Shown here in pieces: positions 18,383 through 26,012 of a stretch of 32,000 bases of DNA. Origin of the DNA: Promethearchaeum syntrophicum (GTDB taxonomy: Archaea > Asgardarchaeota > Lokiarchaeia > Sigyniarchaeales > Promethearchaeaceae); assembly GCF_008000775.2 (NCBI RefSeq), contig NZ_CP042905.2, forward strand, positions 2,010,001 through 2,042,000, in the 5' to 3' direction. The notes under the pieces were generated by a model. It was not told the origin of the DNA. It did not search any database and worked only from the letters and a program-made list of their open reading frames with translations. The position numbers and the translations under genes were made by a program. The number at the start of each line of letters is the position of its first letter. Position 1 is the first letter of the stretch.

Positions 18383-18557
18383 TTATTGTGATTTCAATTT
18401 GAAATTCTCTCGATTCAATGAGATCCTTTTTCAGTAAAGGATAAGAATAAAATTGAAGAAATTAGTCAATTAAATGAGGGGATTTCATGATAATTGCCAC
18501 AAAATTACACTTTAAATTGAAAATAAGTTTATTGGGGCATATAATATCTTTAATTCT
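18383..18557 (-). pseudogene. Relic copy B of the helicase 5' end plus upstream region (about 35 codons with an in-frame stop)
   Basis: The minus-strand reading from ATG 18488 gives MKSPHLID*FLQFYSYPLLKKDLIESREFQIEI. The helicase N-terminus is MKSPHSLDKNPKFYSHPLLKKDLIEWRDYQVEI. TAA is at 18464-18462. The upstream non-coding part is also conserved (ttgccacaaa, ggggca, atctttaat blocks). Confidence 0.85.
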
Positions 18558-18593
18558 GGAGATAATATTCCTGCAATTAAAATCCTAGGAAAA

Positions 18594-19508
18594 TTAAGAT
18601 GAGAATTGTTGAACGAAGTGATCTATTAGGTTTCGGGCCACACTGATAGACGAGGGAAGTTTGGGAAGATTATCTAAGCCAAACCATTGTGCATCCATAA
18701 TTTCCTTTTTATCTACGGAAATCTCTCCTTCAGCCCAATCAGCGGTAAAAGCCAGCATTAAGGAATTGGGAAAAGGCCACGGTTGGGAAGCAAAATATGA
18801 AATATTACAAATCGAGATCCCAATCTCTTCTTTTACTTCCCGCGAGATTGCTTCCTCAAGATTTTCACCGGGATCGACAAATCCCGCTATAAGGCTATAA
18901 AGATTAGTTGGAAATTGTTTGTTATGAGCTAATAGGATTTTATTATCTTTGATGATTGCAATGATAACAGCCGGGGATATATGCGGATATTCTGTATTAT
19001 TACACGAGGGACATTTGAGTGCAAATTCTGCCAGTGAATATATGAACCTTTTACCGCATCTACCGCAATATATGTGATTTGATATCCAAGTATATACATG
19101 ATAAGCAATTCCCGCAATTAGAAGGTTATATCCTGGATCTAATCGTATTAAAGAACGTAATGGATATTCCTGAAGAAAACTTAATTCATTCTGGAGATTT
19201 TTCTCATTTTGTAATGAATTTATGGAATTATTGGTGAAATATAAGAGATAAGTTGGTTTTGATTTGTATTTCCCAAATTCTATGCCATTCCAATTGCTTT
19301 GATCGATTTTCTGGAGAATAGGAAGAATTTTAAATTTCCATTTCGAACTTTTGGTCTCAAAAAAGAAGGAAGGAATTTTCTGTTCACTTTCGTTATTTAG
19401 GGCTAAAATTTTATTATTTTGAAAGAGGAAAACTAGACTATTAGATTCGATATTGGATAATTTGTCAAGAGATAGGATTTTAGAGCAAAATATAAAATCT
19501 TTCACCAT
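18594..19508 (-). CDS. nudC: NAD+ diphosphatase / NAD-cap decapping Nudix hydrolase NudC
   Basis: 304-aa ORF. Zinc ribbon CGRCGKRF...CPSCNN, Nudix box GFVDPGENLEEAISREVKEEIGI, and the NudC-specific SQPWPFPNSLMLAF motif. Confidence 0.85.
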   Translation of the reverse strand: MVKDFIFCSKILSLDKLSNIESNSLVFLFQNNKILALNNESEQKIPSFFFETKSSKWKFKILPILQKIDQSNWNGIEFGKYKSKPTYLLYFTNNSINSLQNEKNLQNELSFLQEYPLRSLIRLDPGYNLLIAGIAYHVYTWISNHIYCGRCGKRFIYSLAEFALKCPSCNNTEYPHISPAVIIAIIKDNKILLAHNKQFPTNLYSLIAGFVDPGENLEEAISREVKEEIGISICNISYFASQPWPFPNSLMLAFTADWAEGEISVDKKEIMDAQWFGLDNLPKLPSSISVARNLIDHFVQQFSS

Positions 19509-19731
19509 GAAATTGAAAACTCAAGGTTGAAAATAAATTTATTGAACCTGAATGAAGTGGGTTTAAATTCACAACTGAATTTCGTATCTAATAATTTGAT
19601 GACTTTCTATATCAAACTTGAAGTGCATTCGTCTAAAAAACAAAATCTCTGGATAATTTACTGAATTAATGTAGATTATGATTGGTCTAATGTGATTTCG
19701 AGGTAATGATCATAAATTTTTTTCGTTTTTT

Positions 19732-20001
19732 TTACTTCAGCATCTCTACATGCCCAAAATCCTTGTAAAGCGAAAGTTCCTCAAGGATAATCTCATCATT
19801 TGATGTTAAAGGATTGTTTACTATTCGATATAATAATTCTTTATTTAACACACTTTCAATGAAATTATTCTTAGGTCCAGCAGGAACCGTTAACACTTCA
19901 CCAATTTTCCAATAGGGCTGATTCGGATCTTTTCGTTGGATATGATAATAGATTTTATTATTTACATGCATGATATATCCGACCTTTACCAATAATAACA
20001 A
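19732..20001 (-). pseudogene. Chimeric 89-aa ORF whose last 35 codons are a diverged duplicate of the 3' end of the FAD oxidoreductase gene 21008-22174
   Basis: ELLYRIVNNPLTSNDEIILEELSLYKDFGHVEMLK* compared with ELIYRIVNNSLSSDDEIILEELSLYRDFGQVELLK* gives 28/35 identical. The nucleotide repeat 19725-19840 aligns to 21001-21116 ungapped at offset 1276, about 80% identical by hand count. The N-terminal 54 codons have no counterpart in the intact gene. Confidence 0.8.
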
Positions 20002-20173
20002 TTTTTCATTTCGAACCTCAGATTTTGATTAATTATTAGAATCTATCATACAGAAACAATCTAGATATTTAATAAAATAATGTAATTTCAAAGCTTTTTC
20101 CTACAAATTTGCAAGGAATCTCTTTTTTCCTATTTTCTTCTTACGTAATTATTTAGGCAGACACATTCTACTT

Positions 20174-20776
20174 ATGTATATGGGAATGTTAGGTTCAGCG
20201 AAGAAGAAAAATCAAGAACCACTTGCTTATGAATGTGATGAATGCGGTTCCAAAACGACTGCATATGGCGCTATAACTCGGTGTCTTGGATGTGGGAAAA
20301 AACTTTGTGAAGTATGTAATCACTACATGCTTTGTGCCAAAGATTTCAACAACCTTGAGAAAAGAGACCAGAAAAAAGTCAAACGGGTGAATTCTGGGTT
20401 GGAAAACGCTAAAACATCAAAAAGGATGTTCACTATTATGCCTATCGTCATGGGTGGAATTGGGTTTACGCTCCTTCTCTTGATGTTCATCTTACAACGG
20501 GATATGCTCTATTTTCTGTTCGGATTCTTAGGGGGATTTCTCTTATTATGTGCGTTGATGTTTTGGGGTGTGTTCCACAACATTGAAAAGCGAGAAACCA
20601 ATCGAGCCTTACGTCAAATTAAAGATATTTTATTACCTTATAATATCCGGCGTGCAACACCAGGTCCTACAAAAATTGAGGCAATTCATTGTCCAAATTG
20701 CAATGGAAATATCACTTCGGATGCAAAAATCTGCGAATGGTGTGGGAGTACACTAAAAGAAACGCCGGATTATTAA
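20174..20776 (+). CDS. Hypothetical membrane protein with zinc-ribbon-like Cys clusters on both sides of a two-helix hairpin
   Basis: 200-aa ORF. N-terminal CDECGS...CLGCGKKLCEVCNHYMLC. Two hydrophobic helices (FTIMPIVMGGIGFTLLLLMFIL; FLFGFLGGFLLLCALMFWGVF). C-terminal HCPNCNG...CEWCGS. A T8 tract (20792-20799) follows the stop. Confidence 0.6.
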   Translation: MYMGMLGSAKKKNQEPLAYECDECGSKTTAYGAITRCLGCGKKLCEVCNHYMLCAKDFNNLEKRDQKKVKRVNSGLENAKTSKRMFTIMPIVMGGIGFTLLLLMFILQRDMLYFLFGFLGGFLLLCALMFWGVFHNIEKRETNRALRQIKDILLPYNIRRATPGPTKIEAIHCPNCNGNITSDAKICEWCGSTLKETPDY

Positions 20777-21000
20777 ATTCTCAGTAAATAATTTTTTTTA
20801 GTTCCTATCTATCAATTATATCTTTACCATTGATAATCGTTCAACTAATATCCATATTGTTTACTGAATTTGTGGATCCCGCACTTAATAAATTAGATTA
20901 TTTAGATATATGGCAGTAATGTTTTCTTAGAAATCTGATCCATTTTTTTATTTTCCTTGGGAGAAAGAATAACTTATTGTATCTCAAAGATAGATTCTTC

Positions 21001-21116
21001 TTGTTTTTTACTTCAGTAATTCTACTTGACCAAAATCCCGATAAAGAGAAAGTTCCTCCAGGATAATTTCATCATCGGATGATAAAGAATTGTTCACGAT
21101 TCGATAAATCAATTCT
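21001..21116. repeat. Direct repeat: functional 3' end of the FAD oxidoreductase gene (partner of relic 19725-19840)
   Basis: See the pseudogene entry. The alignment is ungapped, in frame, and includes the stop codon and a few downstream nt (ttttttacttcag). Confidence 0.85.
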
Positions 21117-22174
21117 CCTAATCCCGGTCCTAACATATATCCCTGTCCACACATTCCTACTGCATTGATATAACCCTCGAGATTTTTAACCTTTCCGACT
21201 ATTGGTGCACCATCAGGGGTATCTGGATATAATCCCCTCCATGTTCGACGGATTTTTAAATTTTTTAACCGCGGGAGAAGTGAAATCATACGTTTGGCTA
21301 TTTGTGGAAGATATACACTGGTTTCTTTATTGTCATATCCATATATTGGTGGATCTGGTGTGAGACAAAATACGATTTGACCTTCATTGTTTTGATAAAA
21401 ATAGTAGTTCTTGCTATTACCGAATTTTTTATCCTCACCTGGACGAATATCAACAACCATCGGTTTTATAAATTGTTTAACGGGTTCGCTGATACCTGCT
21501 TCATGTGAGGTTGGATTGACGGGAACATCAATATTTACAAGTTTAGCTACTTCTTTGGCATAAGCTCCACCTGCATTAATTATAAATTTCGCAAAATATG
21601 TGGATTTATTCGTTTGAACTCCGCTTACGGTTCCATTTTCTGTGAAAATATCAATCACTTTTTCATTGAAATGAAATTCAGCTCCAAATTTCATGGCTTG
21701 ACGGTAGCAAGCATTAGCAAAGAGTAATGGGGATGCATTTCCATCATTGGGGCTAAATGTGCCACCTAACAATCCATCTTCATTAATTCCTGGAATAAGC
21801 TCTTTGATTTTTTCTGGTCCGTGATAATCAATATTCAATCCATAGGATTTTTGGAGTTTAATATTATTTTTAAATAATTTCTCGTGTTCTGGAGTATATG
21901 CCACATAGCAATAGCCATTTTGAAGCCAGCCTATGTCGTCGCCATAAGTTTCTTTCCAAGTTGAAAAAATTTCAAGTGAACTTTGACATAACCATATTTT
22001 TGCTCTTTGTGTATGAGTTTTTCTGATTCCGCCTATTGCTTTTTTCGATTCTCCCTGAGCTGGAGAGGGTAGAGCTTCAAGTACTAATGTTTTCATCCCA
22101 TTTTTTGCTAAAGCAAGTGCGGTAGGAACACCAACACTACCGGCCCCGATAACAATAACATCATACTCTGACAT
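21008..22174 (-). CDS. FAD-dependent oxidoreductase, DAO family (sarcosine oxidase beta / archaeal proline dehydrogenase beta-like subunit)
   Basis: 388-aa ORF. N-terminal dinucleotide fold YDVIVIGAGSVGVPTALALAKNG. The C-terminal AVGMCGQGYMLGPGLGE is typical of the DAO/SoxB family. Its ATG overlaps the stop of the upstream gene (TAATG at 22172-22176). Confidence 0.8.
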   Translation of the reverse strand: MSEYDVIVIGAGSVGVPTALALAKNGMKTLVLEALPSPAQGESKKAIGGIRKTHTQRAKIWLCQSSLEIFSTWKETYGDDIGWLQNGYCYVAYTPEHEKLFKNNIKLQKSYGLNIDYHGPEKIKELIPGINEDGLLGGTFSPNDGNASPLLFANACYRQAMKFGAEFHFNEKVIDIFTENGTVSGVQTNKSTYFAKFIINAGGAYAKEVAKLVNIDVPVNPTSHEAGISEPVKQFIKPMVVDIRPGEDKKFGNSKNYYFYQNNEGQIVFCLTPDPPIYGYDNKETSVYLPQIAKRMISLLPRLKNLKIRRTWRGLYPDTPDGAPIVGKVKNLEGYINAVGMCGQGYMLGPGLGELIYRIVNNSLSSDDEIILEELSLYRDFGQVELLK

Positions 22175-24261
22175 TAATTGTCATCTCCTTCATCAACAGA
22201 TGCGAAATATTTGAGAGGGACTTCAACGAAAAGGGGTCGTTTTACACTTTCTGTGATTTTTTCTTGCGAAATCCCCTCTTCCCGGAACAGACGATCGATT
22301 AAAAGTCCACATGTTTTTGCTCCACAAGCCCCCATCCCTGCCCGAGTAATTGCCTTAATTTGGTTAACATCAGTTATTCCCTTTTTAATCAGATCTCTGA
22401 TTTCTCCAGCCGTAACTCGTTCACATCGACACACAATAATTTCATCGGGTAATGGTTTTTTATGATACAACTCCATAGGTTCCGGAAGGTTGGGTTTGAA
22501 AGCTCGGATTCCCACAGCTTTTCTGGATAGATCCTTTGGTAATGCGACTGACACTAATTGAGTTTGCGGAAATTCTTTTAAAATTCGAACTCTGTGAATC
22601 GGAAAATTTCCAAGAATGGTGGAATCATCTAATACCGTAACTTCCTGCCCTTTTTCCAGTTTCCCGGCTGAAATTTCGTATGGGAAGGTAACAATCGGAT
22701 TCTCGGCATCTTTTCGAGTATCTACAAGAGTAACAGCTAATCCGGGGCACACGGCTACACATCTTCCGCAGGCTATGCAATCTTGATTGTTATTAAAGAA
22801 TGGGAGAGTTGTTAAAGAATTATCAACTGTTTCGATTAGATCTTGAGGGCATACTGTAGTACATGGATTACATGGAATTTCTTGATAACAATGAAAAATT
22901 GGAAACGCTCCCTCATCTTTCTTTGTTTGCAAATGTTCTCCTGGAGGTGATGGATGTGCTTTCATCATTTTGGCTTTTTCTTCAAGGACAGAAAGGTTTA
23001 AATCAGATTTAATGCCCATTTCTTTTAAAATTTTTATAGCTTCAATTCTTCCCGTAAATATCGCTGCTGAGGCTTCCGCAATCTCTTGTGCATCTCCAGC
23101 CACCCATGAATCTATCCCAAACTCTTGAGCTTTTAAATAAAATTCATTTACCGGATTTAAACCAACAGCGATAAGAATTGTATCACAAGCAAAGGTTTTC
23201 TCGGTTCCAGGGATTACATTCCAATTATCATCCAATTGTCCAATGGTGATGGATTTGACCTCTTCCGTTCCATTAGCAGAAATTATGGTGTGACGTGTAT
23301 AGATTGGGACGCCTAATCGACGGAGTTTAGTTTCATGGACGTAGTACCCTCCACATTTTGGTAGGGCTTCAATTAAACCAACTACTTTAATGTCAGCTTG
23401 AATTGCATGATATCCCGCGATTAAACCGACATTTCCTCCCCCTACAATAAAGATTTTTTCTGCTGGTTTTACTAAATCCCGATTAACCAAAGTTTGGAAT
23501 GCCCCCGCACCATAAACTCCTGGAAGGGTATCTCCGGGGAAAATGAGCATTTTTTCTCTTGCGCCGGTTGCTATAAGAAGATTCTTAGGTTTTATCAAAA
23601 CATATTTGGAGTTTTCTTTTAAAATTCCCACAAATCCGTCTCTAAACACTGCCAATGCTGTGCTATTTAACCATATTTCAACTGATGATAGTTTTCTGAC
23701 TTCTTCCCCTAGTATTTGGCCTATATGAATCCCCCGTTTTCCAGCATAAACATCTTTTTGGGATCCAAAGAATTTATGGGTTTGCAACACCAGTTTCCCT
23801 CCGGTTCGATCTTTATCATCGATCAAGATTACTTTCACATTGCTTTCTCCCAATAATTTAGAAGCGGATAATCCTGCTGGTCCTGCTCCGATAACTAAAA
23901 CTTCGGTTTCTAATATTTCAGCATCTCCTACATTTACTATCGTATCTTCTGCTGGAAGTTCGGGTAAGTCATTGCAGCTTTCAATAACCATTTCTTCTTT
24001 TAGGGGAGTCATGCAAGCTTTCATTGGAGCTCCATTAACAATAACCGTACATTGAGCACATTGTCCGTTGGCACAAAATATTCCTTGAGGAGAACCATCT
24101 TTAAAGTGATGACCAAAAATTTTTATCCCGTTCATAAAAAGAGCGGAAGATATCATCATATTTTTAAAACTAACAAGCTCTTTTCCATCAAATGTGAAAG
24201 AAACTTTGGTTTGTTCTGGTATTGGCAGAATCGGGTGAGAATTTATTGAGTGTAAGTCCAT
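22174..24261 (-). CDS. Fused electron-transfer subunit: SoxA/HcnA-like 2Fe-2S domain + two-Rossmann FAD/NAD(P) pyridine nucleotide-disulfide oxidoreductase + 2x[4Fe-4S] ferredoxin-like + BFD-like [2Fe-2S] domain
   Basis: 695-aa ORF. GIFCANGQCAQCTVIVNGAPMKAC; VLVIGAGPAGLSASKLL and IFIVGGGNVGLIAGYHA; CNPCTTVCPQ and CIACGRCVAVCPG; VCRCERVTAGEIRDLIKKG...GMGACGAKTCG. The module set matches alpha/gamma/delta parts of sarcosine oxidase, opine or proline dehydrogenase complexes. Confidence 0.8.
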   Translation of the reverse strand: MDLHSINSHPILPIPEQTKVSFTFDGKELVSFKNMMISSALFMNGIKIFGHHFKDGSPQGIFCANGQCAQCTVIVNGAPMKACMTPLKEEMVIESCNDLPELPAEDTIVNVGDAEILETEVLVIGAGPAGLSASKLLGESNVKVILIDDKDRTGGKLVLQTHKFFGSQKDVYAGKRGIHIGQILGEEVRKLSSVEIWLNSTALAVFRDGFVGILKENSKYVLIKPKNLLIATGAREKMLIFPGDTLPGVYGAGAFQTLVNRDLVKPAEKIFIVGGGNVGLIAGYHAIQADIKVVGLIEALPKCGGYYVHETKLRRLGVPIYTRHTIISANGTEEVKSITIGQLDDNWNVIPGTEKTFACDTILIAVGLNPVNEFYLKAQEFGIDSWVAGDAQEIAEASAAIFTGRIEAIKILKEMGIKSDLNLSVLEEKAKMMKAHPSPPGEHLQTKKDEGAFPIFHCYQEIPCNPCTTVCPQDLIETVDNSLTTLPFFNNNQDCIACGRCVAVCPGLAVTLVDTRKDAENPIVTFPYEISAGKLEKGQEVTVLDDSTILGNFPIHRVRILKEFPQTQLVSVALPKDLSRKAVGIRAFKPNLPEPMELYHKKPLPDEIIVCRCERVTAGEIRDLIKKGITDVNQIKAITRAGMGACGAKTCGLLIDRLFREEGISQEKITESVKRPLFVEVPLKYFASVDEGDDN

Positions 24262-24378
24262 AATAGCACCGCTAGCTTATACTTGCATAGAAGGATTTTA
24301 TTGCATTAAAAATTTTTATTATTCGTTTCTATAAATTTATAGAAGAGAAAATTTGAGAATAAAAAGAGATATTGTAAA

Positions 24379-24723
24379 TTATATTTCAAAAATTACATTT
24401 TGTTTATCTTGAGTTTGATCTTGCATTTCGTGACGTAATAATTCAATTTCTTGCATAAGTTCTAGAACTTTCGGATGATCAAATAATTCTGCATATTTTA
24501 TGAATAGTTCTTCATTTGTTAAAACAATATGTCCCGTTTTTTTAATCATTCGCCCGGAATCATCAACAGGATTTATTTCAATTCCGAGTCTTTCTGGTAT
24601 TTCATTTTTTGCGGGGATTTTAATAATTTTTACACCAGGAACATTAGTATTGGTTTTTTCCCAATCCTGAAGCTGAACCAGTAGTAATTTTAATTTGTCC
24701 TTAATGTTTGAATTATCTTCCAC
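24379..24723 (-). CDS. Hypothetical protein (114 aa), no family recognised
   Basis: Clean ORF on the same strand as its neighbours, between the 362-aa hypothetical and the oxidoreductase operon. The composition looks like a real protein. Confidence 0.5.
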   Translation of the reverse strand: MEDNSNIKDKLKLLLVQLQDWEKTNTNVPGVKIIKIPAKNEIPERLGIEINPVDDSGRMIKKTGHIVLTNEELFIKYAELFDHPKVLELMQEIELLRHEMQDQTQDKQNVIFEI

Positions 24724-24806
24724 CTTGAATCACAAATGACTAAATTATTTGTGACCCTAAATATCTCTCGTTAGAATGAGTTACAAGAATTAATCCAAAT
24801 TAATAT

Positions 24807-25886
24807 TTAATCTTTTAAAACTCGTACAATTTGCTTGATTTTTCTGTCTGTTTCTCGTAATGATCTAACATACTGTTGAGCTTCGACTAATAATTGTTCA
24901 AGTTCAATTATTTGGTCTATCTGTTCATCTTCCTCTAATTTATCTAATAATTCCATACATCTGTGAAGTTTTGGAATCTGGGTTGAATATGATAGAAATT
25001 TATTGTATTTTGCGAGTCTTTTGACTATACTTGAGTATTTTGATTTAACTTCTTTTTGATATGAGGGATTTTTTCTTACTGTGATTATTTTCAATATTAA
25101 ATAATCTTTAAGACCTTCATCATTTATTTTTTTAGCGAGATTTAATGCATCTCGCAAATTTTTCTCTGCACTTTTAAAATGTCGGGATTTAACTTCTTTT
25201 TTACTTTTAGTGAATGCAGTAACGAATTTAGAAGGTATATCTTTTGCTAATTTGATAATCTTCTTTGCATCTTCATATTTACCTTCATCTATGAATTTAT
25301 TAGCGATTGCACCTATTTCATTTTTTAAAATAGCCTCATTTTCTACTTTCTCAAGAATATTGTTTTTTTGAATATAGATATTTCTTAACCTATTGGTTAA
25401 AGCAGTTTTATTAGAGATGATTTCCAATAGTGAATCTTGAATTTTCTTCGGATGAATTTTGACTATTTCCAAGGATTCAGAAATATCCATAATATAGATA
25501 ATACAATATTTTATGGTTTCTTTATGTTTTTTTAGGGGAACTAAATAAAATTTATAAGGAAATGCTCGAAAATTTAAATCATCTAGGGTAACCGTTGCTA
25601 TAAAACTTCTCATAATGCTTTCTAATAATTCTTTTTTAGGTTTATCCTTCTTATCAGCATAGTATTCGTTAAATATTTCCCATTTCTCTAATTTTGGGAT
25701 TATATTATCGCTTTCATCGTCTTCATAATCTTCTTCATCATCATCATCGTCTTCTTCCAATTCTTCATCTAAATCTTCATCTTCCCCTGGTTCATCAATA
25801 TTTTCTTCTGGTTGAGCTATTTGTTCATTTTCCATTATATATGGGGTGTCCAAATCAAATTTAATGATTATTATTCCTTTGATCAT
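24807..25886 (-). CDS. Hypothetical protein with a ~45-aa poly-Asp/Glu tract near the N-terminus and a helical, TPR/MIT-like C-terminal half
   Basis: The ORF track starts at GTG 25895. The first ATG is 25886 (MIKGIIIIKFD) and another is at 25835 (MENEQ). Acidic run EDEDLDEELEEDDDDDEEDYEDDESD. Helical hairpin-like segments FIDEGKYEDAKKIIKLAKDI and HFKSAEKNLRDALNLAKKINDEG. Confidence 0.55.
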   Translation of the reverse strand: MIKGIIIIKFDLDTPYIMENEQIAQPEENIDEPGEDEDLDEELEEDDDDDEEDYEDDESDNIIPKLEKWEIFNEYYADKKDKPKKELLESIMRSFIATVTLDDLNFRAFPYKFYLVPLKKHKETIKYCIIYIMDISESLEIVKIHPKKIQDSLLEIISNKTALTNRLRNIYIQKNNILEKVENEAILKNEIGAIANKFIDEGKYEDAKKIIKLAKDIPSKFVTAFTKSKKEVKSRHFKSAEKNLRDALNLAKKINDEGLKDYLILKIITVRKNPSYQKEVKSKYSSIVKRLAKYNKFLSYSTQIPKLHRCMELLDKLEEDEQIDQIIELEQLLVEAQQYVRSLRETDRKIKQIVRVLKD

Positions 25887-26012
25887 GATGTTCACTTTTT
25901 TTCCTTTTTATTTCTGTTCAATTAAATAGAATTCTTGAAACTTTTATAATTTTTCAAATATAAGACTTCATGTATTATATATATATCATAGAAAAATCAG
26001 ATAAGGAAAAAA

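Noticed and set aside
19655-19731. A possible extension of the oxidoreductase 3' duplication into the downstream non-coding flank. The words tttactgaatt and tagattat are shared between 19655-19731 and about 20860-21007.
   Set aside because: Only short A/T-rich words are shared, and aligning them needs large indels. I cannot distinguish this from chance by eye, so the repeat is reported only for the clearly ungapped 116 nt.
24327-24344. Perfect 18-bp palindrome ttctataaatttatagaa between the 114-aa gene and the oxidoreductase operon. It could be an operator, a bidirectional TATA element or a hairpin.
   Set aside because: With about 29% per-position chance of self-complementarity at this base composition, a 9-bp-arm palindrome is expected roughly 0.5 times per 32 kb by chance. 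It is also essentially pure A/T. It is not distinguishable from background without conservation or binding data.
25977-25987. A (TA)n run tatatatatat about 26-36 nt upstream of the ftr ATG, and similar TATA-like strings upstream of other genes. One example is cttata at 16636-16641, about 28-33 nt upstream of the helicase GTG.
   Set aside because: The positions fit archaeal TATA boxes for leaderless or short-leader mRNAs. However, TATA-like words are ubiquitous in this AT-rich sequence, so I cannot support individual promoter calls without TSS data.
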